From the NCBI GenBank assembly GCA_050273025.1, contig CP158636.1:3596001-3660000 (forward strand): 64,000 nucleotides of DNA, read 5' to 3'. Below are positions 39,006-53,060 of this stretch, piece after piece (within the stretch, counting starts at the first letter, position 1; each line of letters opens with the position of its first letter). Position numbers and translations under genes: made by a program. The notes below the pieces were generated by a model. That model had not been told where the DNA came from and searched no databases. It saw only the letters and a program-made list of their open reading frames with translations. Source of the DNA: Cenococcum geophilum. Its lineage: Eukaryota.

Positions 39006-40221
39006 TCCGCCCCACGGACTATTCGCTTACGCTCATAGTCCTACGCAGCTCAACGGAACACCGAGCTCAACGGAACGTGTACCTAAGATTAAGCCTTACC
39101 TATTTCCTTATACAATTGAATCACCACAACCATGCCTATAGAATCCGAAATTATTGGGATACGCGTGTAAGATGCACTTCATAAGTTATTACGCATAAAA
39201 ACACCCAATATTTAATTGGCAGCCTACCTATATAATGCGCTGTTTAAACGTGTCTATAACCGCGTTAACGGTATTAAGAGTAAGATATAGAGGCCTGGTA
39301 GTAATAAGATGCTTAATTAACACCAGGAGGCCATACTCCTATTCTATATTAATTAAATGGACCACCTTAGAGTTAGCGCGCTATTCCACCAAGTCCATAA
39401 TTACGCGCAGCGTATCCTTAAGCTCCATGCGCCTAACGGCACCAAACTACCTACTCTTAGACGCGACTGGACTAAGAGATTCCTTAAACAAAACACAACT
39501 ATATTTAAATCCTTATCTATCCTATTAGGATAGGTAAAGACCAGCCTTATTCTATGCAATCCTAAGGTTATATTAACTAGATTGCGACATTAAATAGCTA
39601 TAGTGCGTCTATCTACGCCACTACTGACAATACTATAACCACCGCGGCTATAACCTGCAGTACTATAAACCTAATACACCGCGTAGCTTACAGATAACAA
39701 TAAACTAGGTTTATAGCTTTATTATTAAGCAGCCTAATAGGGTAAGGAATCCTTTATTAATACTTTATAAGAGCGCTAGAAAGAATACCATGCTTTACTT
39801 ATTAGTAGAGGAGGACCTATATTTAATATAGGTAGCGGTACACGCCTGCGCAAAGCGTTAAAGGACTAATTAACGGGTTATTTAAAAGGGAGGCTTAATA
39901 TCTATAGTAGATGGATGGCTTAAAGTATTATAATAAGTTCAAAAGGAAGCAGAGAAGGCAGGTAGGGTAGCTACATATGCGGTGAAGAAGTAGGTAAAGG
40001 AGGACGCTACACAACGTGCAGAGGCCTTAGACTCGCAATATTTGGCAGGATTATAGCTAGGCTATTGCTTAAGGTGCTCCACCAAGGATTTCTGTATATA
40101 TGTAGCCTATGTAGAAATCTACGGCTTTAAAATCATGTGGTGGGGCTCGTGTTCCGTTAAGCTCGGTGTTCCGTTAAGCTGCGTAGGACTATAAGCGTAA
40201 GCGAATAGTCCATAGGGCGGA
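39006..40221 (+). mobile_element. Internally deleted pogo/Fot1-like DNA transposon, TA TSD
   Basis: ~65-bp TIRs (tccgccccacggactattcgcttacgc.../...gcgtaagcgaatagtccatagggcgga) flanked by TA; relic transposase C-terminus inside. Confidence 0.82.
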
Positions 40222-40223
40222 TA

Positions 40224-41930
40224 GTGCTTAAAACTAATATACCTCGCCTATAAAGAGTACTATTTTTAGCTTAATAGTAATATAGAGAGTCTTTCCTTTT
40301 ATATCTTACCCTAGTTATAGCTAAAAAAAAGGTCCGCAACTAGGGCTTTTCTTTTTTTTAGATTATTAGTATAGTTATTACCCTACTTATTTTTCTAATA
40401 AGATCTACCTCTAGAGTTTTCTCTTAACTTTTTAAAGTGTTTCCATAAAGGTGCCAAATAGGTATTAGGTTAGCCCTAGAAGTCTTTCCTATTACTTAAG
40501 GCCCCTAACTTTAACCCTTTTAAAGTTCTCTTTAAAAACGGCTTCTTTAAAGGTTAAATCTGCCCTATATTACTACTAAAATACCTACGCTTTTAGTAAC
40601 TCCTTAGCTTCTTACTAAAAGAGGTCTAGTTTCTTACCGTGTCTTTAGCGTTTAAAACTACTTATTTAAAATCTATATATAGAGTAATCCGCAATAGGGC
40701 TCCTATGCGCTTTATTTTATTATAAATTGCTAGCTTAATTTTAGCCTAGATAAACCCAATCTTCTCCTTTTTATAAATACTACCGTCCTTTTTTTTTAAA
40801 AGGGCTTTAGATTTATCTATTAAGTATAAGTTTCTATAAAGTTTATAAACTAGTAAAAGTTATAGCGGTTAAGCTATATTCTATTCCAGAATAGCTCTAT
40901 ATTATTATATTATATAATATATAGATTTTAAGTCTATTTCTTTAAAAAGGTTTACAGCTATAACTATATAGTAATTTACTCTTTATTAAGCCAATTAAGT
41001 GCGATCTAGTTTAGTGATTGGTCTTTAATCTTACTAATAATCTAGTATATACACTCTTTGGTATTATTTTATATTATTAGCATCTTAAAGAAGTTATCTA
41101 CTTTATAAACCCAATTGTCTAACTACTAGGCGTTAGGTTTATAGCGAAGTTTTAAACTACTAAAGGCCTTAGCTAGTTAGTCTATATTCTTTTTCCGTTT
41201 ATAATATAGGTGCCTTTTTAAGTATTTTATACCTCTTTAGGTAAATACTAAGTAGCTTTTAGAAAGGCCTTAGCCTTAACTAGGTTATAAAAGATTTTAT
41301 CTAGCTTAGATTAAGCTTTACTAAATCTAAACCTACTCTTAGAGGTTTCTAATATATTTATTAGTGGCTCCTTCCTATATAGCTTTTAAGAGCCTTATAG
41401 CAGCTTTCTAATATCTATTTTAAAGATAATTAGTTTAGGGCTCTTAATTTTCTAATCTTGGCCTTAAGGAAGCTCCGGCTATAGAGGTAGTATTAATACT
41501 AGTAGCTAAAGTAGATTTCCCAATAAGGCTTAGGTCTTAAGTTAGTAGTTAAATTAAATTACTTAAAGGGGTAGGCCCGCTTAGCTTATAAGCAGTTTAT
41601 ATACCGCTACTATACTAATTATAGGCTAGTAGTCTTTCGAGAGGGTTCTAATTAGGTCCCTAGTTAAATATATTAGTATATTCCTTTAGCATTTCTAGCT
41701 TAAGGGAAGATCTTAAAGTCGCCTCTAGCGCTTAATCTTCTAATTGGCCTAGATGGGGCCGAAGGGGCTCTAATTACTTTTTAGTAGCGTTATAACCATT
41801 ATTAAGGGTATTTGCGTTTTTTTTTAGCGATAACTATAGGTGTATAAGAGTCTTTAAGCTCCTAAAGCATTTAGGTATTAGGGCTCGTTTAGCCGTCTTA
41901 CCTAAAGGGTTATATTATTGCAACCTCTTA
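40224..41930. mobile_element. Unclassified RIP-degraded TE sequence that the Gypsy element inserted into
   Basis: AT-rich, TA-enriched, no long ORF; continues past the right TSD at 49894. Confidence 0.5.
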
Positions 41931-41935
41931 CTATT

Positions 41936-44900
41936 TGTTACGGACGCTTTAAGTACAATATTACGACTACTTGGAGAAGAGACGGAAGAAGCTAGTTGGT
42001 TAATTTAGGCACGGTCTAGAATGGAGCCGATAGAACCATGTGACGAGGAATGGTAACTAAGGTCACATGATGTGCTACGTATTAAACGAGAGGAATAAGA
42101 GGAACTCACGTACCTTACGTATAAGACGTACATCACGTATAAGAAGGATTTCATAGGAGTACGGTTGTGTATTTAAGGACCCTTAATCCCTACCTAGATA
42201 GTTCTTTCCTTATAGTAATTCTTAGAATATAATTGGAGTTAATCTATTAGGCAACCACTCCACCAGTTATTATTACGTTGTTAACTTTTATACTTACATT
42301 TCCTATATACTTAGCCCAATAATGAGCCCACCGTAGTTCTTACTATAAGGTTCTATTATACAATTACTACCTAGTTATAGTATTAATATAAGAAGTTGAA
42401 TAACATGCCATCAAAAGCAGCCACTATAACGCTATTAACGGCAGCAACTACTTTAAGGATAGGGGGTGATACCAGTATAGCAGATACTGACTTATAGCAA
42501 CCTATAACGGTCGGACAGCTATAGGAAATAGTTAACTAGCTAACAGCTAATAATATAGTATTAAAAAAAAGACTTAATGGAATAGGAGCAGCAAAGATTA
42601 AGCTACTATTAATTAAGAGATTTATAGGAGAAAGGTTAAAGCTTAAAGGATTCCTTACGCAGATGTACTTTAAGGTCTTATAAGAGGGAGCAAAGTTACC
42701 TATACCCGTGGATCGGATAGCCTACGCAGGACTATTCTTATTAGGAAAAGCACTTAAGTGGTTTAAATTTTACCTTATAGAGATATAGGCAAACGGAATA
42801 ACAACCACTAACTAAGACGTGCGATTTATATTCTTAAGTTAGGAAGGATTTATAGAACAACTTACGTAGATATTTAGAGACCCGGAAGAAACAACTATAG
42901 TAAAAAGAAAACTCCAGAACCTTATATAATGAACTTTAGTAATTAAGTATATAATATAGTTCTAGATACTAGCAATATAAGTAGAGTAGAATAATAGGGC
43001 GCTTATAGCATAGTATAAATAGGGACTTAAGGCTAAAGTCTAGGACGTAATTATCCTAATAGAAGATGCGGACACCCTAAGGGAACTAATAGATTAGGCG
43101 ATTAAGATTAATAATTAGATCTACTAAAGGGAACAGGCTAAGAGGGGCTAAGATAGAGTTCTATAGTTATATAAGGCGTAAAGTACGCAATAATAAAAGC
43201 TAAGTTAGAAACTATAGTATGGCGTAGAGCTAATAGACCTAAGTAGTACTAAAGAAGCCTATAAGAGATAGAGTAAACTATAAAAACCTAGAGGACAAGG
43301 ATTAGATAATTAAAGGTCTAAGAAGTAAAGGCCAAATTAGGGATCTTATTAGCAGAAGATATTTAGGTAGACTCTATAGTAAGAGAAATAGTTTAAAGAA
43401 GGAGCTTACATAAATTGCGGAAAATAGGGTTATTATATTAGAGACTGTAGAAGTAGGCAAAGTTATTATATAGTAAAAGGTATAAGACTAGTAGACGATA
43501 TACACGTATAAAGGGATAATAATATACTATAAGGAACAAAAGAATGTTTAATTAGAAGTTTTACATTTTGTTATAATAACGCATACCAAATTTATAAGGA
43601 CGCTAAATATAGCGTAAGCTATTAGCTATAAGAGCCAGTACCTATAGAATATAGAGGAACTAACGAACTAGTTTATAGATTGGATATTAAGGACGATAAA
43701 TTTAACCTAGGCGAAATATTCTATAACAATAAGGTAATAAGGGCCGCTTACTAGGAGTAAGTAGACCTTAGAGATGTTATACCAAAGGCAGAGAATAATT
43801 CCACTATAGAATAGGGAACATTAGTAGGGATTAAAACCCCACTAGACATAATATCTATCGCTTTATAAGACGCAAAAAAAGTAGGATAGTAAACTACTTC
43901 GGCACTTAATAAAGGTAAAAGGCTAAAGGCTTAAGATTCTTATAGCAAGATAAGAGATAACTAAGATTCTTAAAATAAAATAAGGTAAGCTTAAGGACCT
44001 ATAACGGACGATAACTAATAGAGTAGAGTAGTAGCTTAGTTTAGAAATATACAAATAAGCTTAGAATAGAAGTTCCTATAGGCATAAGATTCTTAAGACA
44101 AGATAAGTGAGATTTAAGACTCTTAAGATAAGATAAGAACACTAAGTAAGCCTAGTTAAACTAAGGCTAGAGCTAAGCTTAAGTTAGAAGCGAGCTTGGG
44201 ATTAAAGAACCTAAGGGGTTAAGAATTCGGAGTGTAAATTAGGACACCCATAGATAAGAGGCAAGAAGCTTCTTTATAGATCAGAGAATCTGCGGCATAA
44301 ATAGCAATTAGACTAGGAGACAAATACATAGACCTAGAGAATTTACCAATTAAACAAAGTATTCGGACTAAAGATTAAAAAGTTAATACTAGGATTAAGA
44401 AGCAAGATAACTTTAAGAATTAGAGCACAAGGCGCAAACCAAAAGAAACTATAAAAGAGTTTAGGCAAAGAATTATTACATAGTAAGAATAGAAACTAGA
44501 TAAGAGATCTAGCATATTAGGACGTATAAAGGACAGAGCACTAGTATAAAGAATTACTAATAGACCAAGAGCAGGTACACTAAGAGCTAAGTAGCTTACT
44601 AAACTAGAAGATAAAGAGAATCTAGGGATTCTAATTAGGTTTAAGGAACGATATATAAAGGGCTATTATAATATAGTAATAAAAAGATACTTCCTTATAG
44701 ATAGACCGTATACACTCTAATAGCTATACCAAAAGTAGTATAGACAAAGGCACAATAATAAGTGGGAAGATTTCTATATATAGTTAGATAAAAAAGTTAT
44801 CTAAAACTACCTAATTATAGAAAAGGCTATAACGCATATTAAAGGAGCCTTAATTATAACGTTAAAGGATCTAAAGGAACGTTTAGAGGACTAGAGAAGT

Positions 44901-47900
44901 AAAAGGCGTATCTTAGTACCTATAAATAAAGTTATAACATTTAAATTAGCATAATAGAGGTTTAAACTTAAGGATAAAGATAAGCTAAGAGTTAACCTAA
45001 AGCACCTAGCACACTATACGTTATTATGGATTACGTATATAGACAATATATACAAAATGCATAAGAATCTAAAGAAAAAGAATTAGAAATACCCTATAAG
45101 GATATACTGGATAACGGATAAGTAATAGTACAGGAATGCTAAATATATATATAAATAGCATCCAGCAAAGGTCCAAGAGGAAGGAAGTTTAGTACTTTAA
45201 CCAGGAAGATTCCTTACAGAAAAATACTTAGATAGATAATAGTGGTGGGAATGCCTAAAAAATACGTATCTATAGTATATAGAAGATAAAAAGCGAACTA
45301 GGTATTAGCTAAAGAGCAAGCTAAATACCCTAGGATTAAGCAGCTAATAGTTAGGAAAAGTAAAGGCCTATAGGACTAAAGGGAGCTAGTAATAGAGCCT
45401 TAGACCCTTAAAGGAATTTAAAAATAACACCTAAATTTATAAGTTAATTAGTAAGATTAGCAGTTTAAAGCGCTAATAAATAGTAGAGTAACGCGAAACT
45501 ATATCTTACTAGTAGTAGTTAAAAAAAATAGGACTACCTTATAAATAAAAGAAGCAACCTTATCTATTAGTTACAATTTTAGGAGATCTAATAACCTATA
45601 GAGGAGGGATTATTAATCTTAAAACAGGACCTATTTAGATAACTATTAAAGGGAGACAAATTAAGATATCTTTTAATATCCTACCATTAGGACGGGATAA
45701 GGCAGTATTAAGTATGCCTTAATTATAGGAATATAATTTAAGGATCAATTAAATTACAGGTCAGGTTAATATTAGAGATACTTAATACCGCAAGATATAA
45801 CAACAAGCTAAGTTAGTATAGTATTAAGTAGGAGCAACCTACAAAGAAATAGAAAAAGGACTAAGTTATATACTAAAGAGATACCATAAGTACAGTAAGA
45901 AACTATAGTTACCGGAAAGTAAAAAGCTATTAGAATATATAGTATAGGACTATAAAATAGAGTTAGAACTAGAAATAAGTCTAAAGTTCTTTTTAATCTA
46001 TAAGCTTACTAAAGAAGAAGGTAGAGCGTTAAAAGAGTTTATCCAGGAAAATCTACAAAAGGGATATATCAGACCATCGCAGTTATTAGTAGGTTATCCA
46101 GTACTGTTTATACTAAAGAAAAATAGTAAACTAAGGCTGTATATTAACTATAGACAGTTAAACAGCATTACTAGGAAGGATAGGTATCCTTTACCCTTAA
46201 TTAGCGAAATTTAAGATAGGATAGGTAATACACAAATCTTTATAAAGATAAATCTAAGATAGGCGTACCATTAGATTAGGATTAAGGAAGGCAATAAATA
46301 AAAGGCAGCCTTTAGGTTAAAGGAAGGACTATATAAACTATTAGTTATACAATTTAGGCTTATAAATATACTAGCAACGTTCTAGAAGTATATTAACAAT
46401 ATATTAGGAGAATACTTAGATAAATTTATTATAGCATATTTTAATAATATTATTATCTACTTAATAACTAAGAAAGAATACGGGGAACACGTTAAATAGG
46501 TCTTAAAGAGACTATAAGAAAAACAGATGCTAGTAGTAATTAAAAAATGCGAGTTCTTCACTAGAAAGACTAATTTTGTTAAATTTATTATTAAACTAGG
46601 CTAACTTAGTATAGATCTAAAGAAGATCAAGGCTATAGTAAATTAGTAGGAACTAGAGAATGTTATATAGTTAAGGTTATTCCTAGGGTTTTATAATTAC
46701 TATAGAAGGTTTATAGCGCAGTAGTTAAAGGATATTAAGCCATTTACGCGGTTAATAAAGAAAGAAGAACTATAGGCATAGGGAGAGGAGTAAAGGGAAC
46801 TCTTTAAGAAAGTTAAAGAGTTGTTTACCTAGGAGCTAGTTCTTAAGATCTATTAACTAGAACTAGAGACGGTTATAAAAATAGATGCATTAGACTATAT
46901 ACTAGGGGCATACTTTATATAAAGGTATTAGGATAAATAGCACCTAGTAGTATACTATAGTCGAAAGATAATACTACTAGAGTTAAACTATAACATCTAC
47001 AATAAGGAGTTATTAGGTATAGTTACAGTATTAAAGAAATAGAGAGCATTCTTACAAGGTATAGAGAAACTATTTATAGTTAAAATAGATTATAAGAACC
47101 TAATAGGATTCCTAATAATAAAGGAACTTAACTAAAGATAGGTTAGATGGGCAGAGATACTTATAGAATACTATTTCAAGATTTAGTATACTAAAGGTAC
47201 AGATAATACATAGGCAGATACTCTAAGCCATAAAGCTAAACTATAAAATAAGGAGAAGCTATTAGGGGCTTTATTGCGAAAGAATATAGACGGATTAATT
47301 AGGTATAATTATCCAAAAATTGTAATAACTTAAGAAGATAATAAACTAGAGAAAGTCTACAAGATATTAAAAAGCCTTTAGGTATAAAGAATTCTAAAAG
47401 TATAGCTAGAAGATCTATAGACAGATATATACGAAAATTAAAAAGTAAAGTATATCCTAAGAAGTATAGTAGAGTAGTTTATGGAAGACTTCTATAAGGG
47501 ACTAACTTAAGGATATAATAGAGCTATAGGCTTAGTGTTAAGACTCTAGGAGGAGTACATTATTAACAAAATCTAGAGAATAGCTAGAAAAGTTATAAAG
47601 AAATATTTAGATTATTAAAGGAATAAACTAATAAGGCATAAGCCATATAGAGGGCTATAACCTATTAAAATACCAAAGAGACCATAGGAGGTTATATTAT
47701 AGGACTTTATTATTAAGTTACTAAAATCAAAAGATCCTATTACCGGATAAAATTATAACGCGATCTTAGTAATAATAGATAAGCTTATAAAGTAGGGATA
47801 CTTTATAGCATATACAAAAGAAATCTTAGCGGAAGATATCGCTAGAATTTACATTAAAGAAGTGTTTATAAGATATAGAGCACTAAGTAAAATTATATTG

Positions 47901-49888
47901 GATAGAGATCTAAGATTCGTAGTAGTATTCTAGAAAGTATTCTTAGCGGAGTAAAGAGTTTAAACAGCAACTTCTACCGTATATTATCCACAGACAGATA
48001 GTTAAACGGAAAGGTTAAATTAGACGCTAGAGTAGTATCTAAGGCATTATATTAATTATATATAGAACAATTAGGTATCGCTATTACCAGTTATATAATT
48101 TGCATACAATATAACACCTTAAGAAGGAATAGGCATATTACCATTTAAGGCAAATTATGGATACAAGCTAAGGACATCATTGTTACTACGGCAAGTAAAG
48201 AAAACAAGTAGTATAGCTAAAAAAAAGAATAAAGATATTAATAAATCTTTATATAGACCTCACGGAATTAGTAAAGAAAGTATAAAAGAGAATAAAAAAG
48301 TACTATAATGCTAAGAGATCTAAGGGACTAGATCTTAAGGAGGGAGATAAAGTATAGTTACTATATAAAAATTTTAAGAGTTAATAACTAAGTAAGAAGT
48401 TAAACCACGTTAAACTAGGACCTTTTAAAATTACGTAGAGGATTTCACCGGTTATATTTAAGTTAAACCTACTAGCCAAAATAAAGATCTACCCTATATA
48501 GCACATTATAATGCTAGAGCCAGTATATAGGAATATTAAGCCACCGGTCTATAAAGTAGACACATATAGAGAATAAGAAGAAGATAAATAGTAAGTATTA
48601 AAGATCGTTAATTATAAGGATATTAACAACAAAACATAGTACAAGGTTAAGTAGATAGGCTATACTAAGACTACCTAGGAGCCACTAGAGAATTTAAAGA
48701 ACGCTATAGGAAAGGTATAGGAGTATTAGAAGAGATTAGGTTAGGCAATATTAATAATAAAGGATCGCTAAAGAATAAGTCACCTAAGGGGGACCTAAGA
48801 AGAGTAGTTGCCAAACTACTCGGATCTATTTCCTTCTCTATTAGAAAAAAGTCCGTTCTTTTATTACCTAGTTCCTATAAACCTTATTTTATAAGTTTCT
48901 ACTCCTTAAAACAAACCTTTTTATAAACCTTCTTAAGACAAAGCAAATAAGTAGACGCCGCGATTTAAGCATCTAAGGCCTTCTATTCCGCGTCACGGGA
49001 GCGTTCCAACTTAGTAAGGGCTTGCGATAGTTTACCATCTAGCCGCGCAGCAGTAGATTAAATATAAGACCCTAAAATAAATTAATTAGGGAACTAGACG
49101 ACTATTAAGAGTAATAGGTCGCGTATATTTAGCATTAAAAGTAAAGTAAACGTCACAGAATAAATAAATATTTGCTTTAGTATACTCTAAGTAAGAGAAC
49201 AGTTATTATAAAGATAGGTTCGCTAATATAATATAAACTAACCCCTCTTTTAAACAACGAGAACATAGAGACGGCATAATCTTACTAAGAAATAGTATTA
49301 CAGCAACAGTGCGAGTATAACGTTGGGCGTATAAAGAAGAAATTGCTTTAGGTATAATAAGTAATAATATTAACTAAATTAATTAGATAGATATTACACC
49401 TCTAGTAAACAACTTAGAGATATTTTAAATCTTTAAGGACAAAGATAAAGAGGAGGGAAATAGTATTACGGACGCTTTAAGTACAATATTATAACTACTT
49501 AGAGAAAAAACGGAAGAAGCTAGTTAGTTAATTTAGGCACGGTCTAAAATAAAGCCAATAGAACTATATAACGAGAAATAGTAACTAAGGTTATATAATA
49601 TGCTATATATTAAACAAGAGGAATAAAAGAAACTTACGTACCTTATATATAAGACGTATATTACGTATAAGAAGGATTTTATAGGAGTACAGTTGTGTAT
49701 TTAAGGACCCTTAGTCCCTACCTAGATAGTTCCTTTCTTATAGTAATTCTCAGAATACAATTAGAGTTAATCTATTGGGCAACCACTCCATCAGTTATTA
49801 TTACGTTATTGACTTTTGTACTTGCATTTCCTATACACCTAGCCCAATAACAAGCCCACCGTAGTTCTTGCTACAAGGTTCCGTTACA
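41936..49888 (+). mobile_element. Full-length RIP-inactivated Ty3/Gypsy chromovirus
   Basis: 425-bp LTRs (41936-42360, 49464-49888); TSD CTATT (41931-41935, 49889-49893); PPT at ~49447-49460; relic gag (ATG ~42404, CCHC knuckle), PR, RT (DRYPLPLI), RNase H, integrase (QTDG.TER), chromodomain-like end. Confidence 0.95.
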
Positions 49889-49893
49889 CTATT

Positions 49894-51790
49894 AGAGGGA
49901 CTTTTCTACTTTAGCGTAACGGCTTTCTATAAGGTGCCTATAGAGTTTCTATTTAATAATTCTTCTTTAATTAACGTCTGATACGGATGCTATCTAGCCC
50001 CACGCAGACTACTCCGTATACAAGGGAAAAGTAATATTGACGGGAAAAAACCCTTGCTGCTGGGGGGGAGGAAAAACCCTATGAGCCACCTCAGTAGGAT
50101 GAAAAACCCCGATTTGCCATGTCCGTCCGTAGCGGCGGCCCTGCGGGCCTACGGCTACGTCCTGTCCTCCTTGGATGTTCGAACTCCTTAGAAACTACTG
50201 CTTCCTTCTCTAGCTTATTTAAAGCTAGGGTTCACTACGTCCCAGCTAGGCCTTGCTAATCGATTGCCGTACGGTCGTTTCCCATATCTTGACCACCCCC
50301 TGTATACTATCTCCTATAACCATTGCGTTGCCATATACGCCTTGCCTCCCCCCCCCTAGAGCCACTAAAGGCGTAAGGGGGATTTATCCGTTCTAACCAC
50401 TGTAATACTAATAAGCAAGCGGGATATGTTGTATTTAGGTATCTTTTATACCTAGGCCCCAGCTAGGCCCTTCCTAAGGGTCACCACTCCGTCAAAAGAA
50501 GACAATGGGGAAAACCATAGGTCGCAATCTAGGCTGCTAGGTAGTATTTAGTAGTAAGACGGCGAGTAACCGCATGCTCCGCGGGCGATCGCCCTAGGGG
50601 TTAGGAGGGGCCGTATATTTACTCGTTCATTCGTTCGTTTATGCGCGCGTTCGTTTATTAATATAAGGTCATTAATGCTTTTAGTTGAGGTTTAGGGATA
50701 TTTATTAAGTGCCATATATCCACGTTGGATTGTATAGGTGCCCCAGATAGGAGAATAGTGGTAGTCGTCGTATTATAGAGGGCCAATAATAGTGGTTTTC
50801 AAGATCTCACCATCCGAAAATTTTTCACTACCGCCCTTAACGCCCACAACCACTACCAGGTCCTGTCCGCACGCTATGCGACGTCTCTGCGTTGGCTCTA
50901 GGTCTGAACTTCAAAGACCTAGGTTCGTAGCCGTCACCACGTACAGGTGCAGAGTCCGTTTTCGACGGCCTAGAGTTTCCATTTAGGTTATTATAAAATT
51001 TTAAGGGGGAATAGTTGTAAGCTTTACAGTGTGTAGGTATTAAACAAGCAACTTAATTGTAAATGTAGCTCTAAAGCCTCTATATATACACGAAGAAGGT
51101 GGAGGTAATAAGATATAATGGGGTAATAGGTAACTAAAATGGGAATAGTGATCTGCAAGCAATATATAAGGTGGCGTTGATGCTGTCTTGTAGCCTTTCA
51201 AGCGGTGATGTAAGAGTATATATATTAGGTCCCGCCGCGCTTGCGACAAGTTCGCAAGCACTCTCAGTCTTTTTGGCCGTATGGCGACGTGGAGGCGGGC
51301 CACGTTACAGGTGATCTTGTGTCTCAGCATAGTGTCGGTAGTCGGTTACAATAGTAGTTATAAATAAAAGATATAAATAAACAATCTAGTCCTAAAAAGC
51401 CGACTACCCTTCTAAAAAGGAGTAGGAAAGATTTGAATATAAAGGGACTTTATAGATAGGGGGCTATAAAGATATAATTGTAAAATAGGATAGATTAGTA
51501 AGAGAGACAAATCCTTAAGGAGGTAAGGCCTCTAGGATCGTGGAGACTATATACTATAGGTATGTGCCTTTAGTACGTAACCGGTGACCATCCAAGGGGC
51601 GTCCGGGGTTTGTCCTAAGGGCAGCCTAAGGTGTCCGCAATAATATCCCTTACACTTTATCTATTATAGAAACGTAATAAATAATTAAAGCTATATTAAT
51701 TAAAGCTTATATATACCTTTAAAAACGTTAGACTTAAAATATAATATCCTTATAATAGCGCGTTAAGAGTTAAATTGTAAACAAAGTGAG
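49894..51790. mobile_element. Mosaic of RIP-affected TE/LTR fragments
   Basis: RIP-like composition; possible minus-strand LTR at ~51352-51642. Not resolved further. Confidence 0.45.
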
Positions 51791-53060
51791 GTTGTATCGG
51801 AGCTAGAATAACACCACTAGCCGAGGGTTTAGCGCCCCGGCTAGCATAAACGGAGCTTTCGGCAACACTCTCCGAGGTGTATGGTTAGATCACTTAAGGG
51901 CAACGTAGTGTCTAACATGCTGATCGCGCACGGTAAAGCATCTAACCTGCACCGTTTAAGCCAATGATGGCGGCCTGTTGATACACCTGCGGAATTAGCC
52001 GACGGGGCTGAGGAGTTAGCTTACCAAGAGTAAGCCGATAGTGGGGTCACCATGAGCCTGGGCCCTTGGCAGCGAACGACAAGTCGCGCCACCGGGAAGC
52101 GGTTTCGTATAAACAAGCATTAGGAGTGGTGTTCGTTAAAGTCTCCGCCGACTCATTGTTTTGTTCCTTCGGTACGAAATCAAAACCGACAGTTTAGCCG
52201 CAGCCAAGCATCTTAACAGCCAATGCGATCTACGGGACAACGGCGAGCTAAGAGCAGTCAGATCTATTGTAGCGTCTGGATTGGGACTGCGCCTGTGCCT
52301 CTTTGCTAAGGACCAACCGCGTGAACCTATCAGCTGTACACACGGGCGCCCAATGTGCGCCTCTTATTGGCCAGGCCCTTATCGATACCGTAGGACGCAA
52401 ACCAACGTGCGAAGGGATATCAATTCGTAACCAGGGTATCCGGAGTCATCCCCGATGCGTTCAAATACTATCCTGACAGACCTCGTATTGGATTCATCAT
52501 GCATGCTCAAGTCCGCCTTAGCCAAAGACATCCGATCACTATAGGGATGGAGGAGTGTATGTGATTGTGCTTGTGGAAGATGACTGCATAGTTGAAGCCC
52601 GCCAGAGAATCCTAACAGAGATCGACCAGCTTTCGCGCTATCTGGCGAGCTCTTTCATGTAGAGGTGTGAAATATCTACTACCAGTCCTTTCCACTTTCA
52701 GCTGAGTACGCCATCAAGCTCTCTTTGGACGCCACTCACAGTTGAGATGCTCAACGCTCGGCTGAATTTCTAAGGAGCGGGACACTTTTTTCCATGCCTG
52801 AAGACAGAAAATCCTTGGTAGGTTGGATATAAAGCCCGCTCTATCCCCTGATTCCCATGTGTCCATAACACAACCACTTCGAGTCTCCAATATCGAGAGA
52901 CTACAAATTTGATTCAAGTATAATTTGTAAATTCTTTTGCAAGCCTCCGAGTGTATTAGCAGTCAACGTGCTGAGGACATTCGATCATCGACCGGGAATA
53001 CCCTTTTCACAGACGTTAAATCATCTTTCACCAAGCTCAAAGCAACTCATAGCTCCTGCC

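Noticed and set aside
51817..51845. Hairpin ctagccgaggg...ccccggctag as a possible Helitron 3' end
   Set aside because: The CTAG is part of the stem and no helicase relic or 5' end was found.
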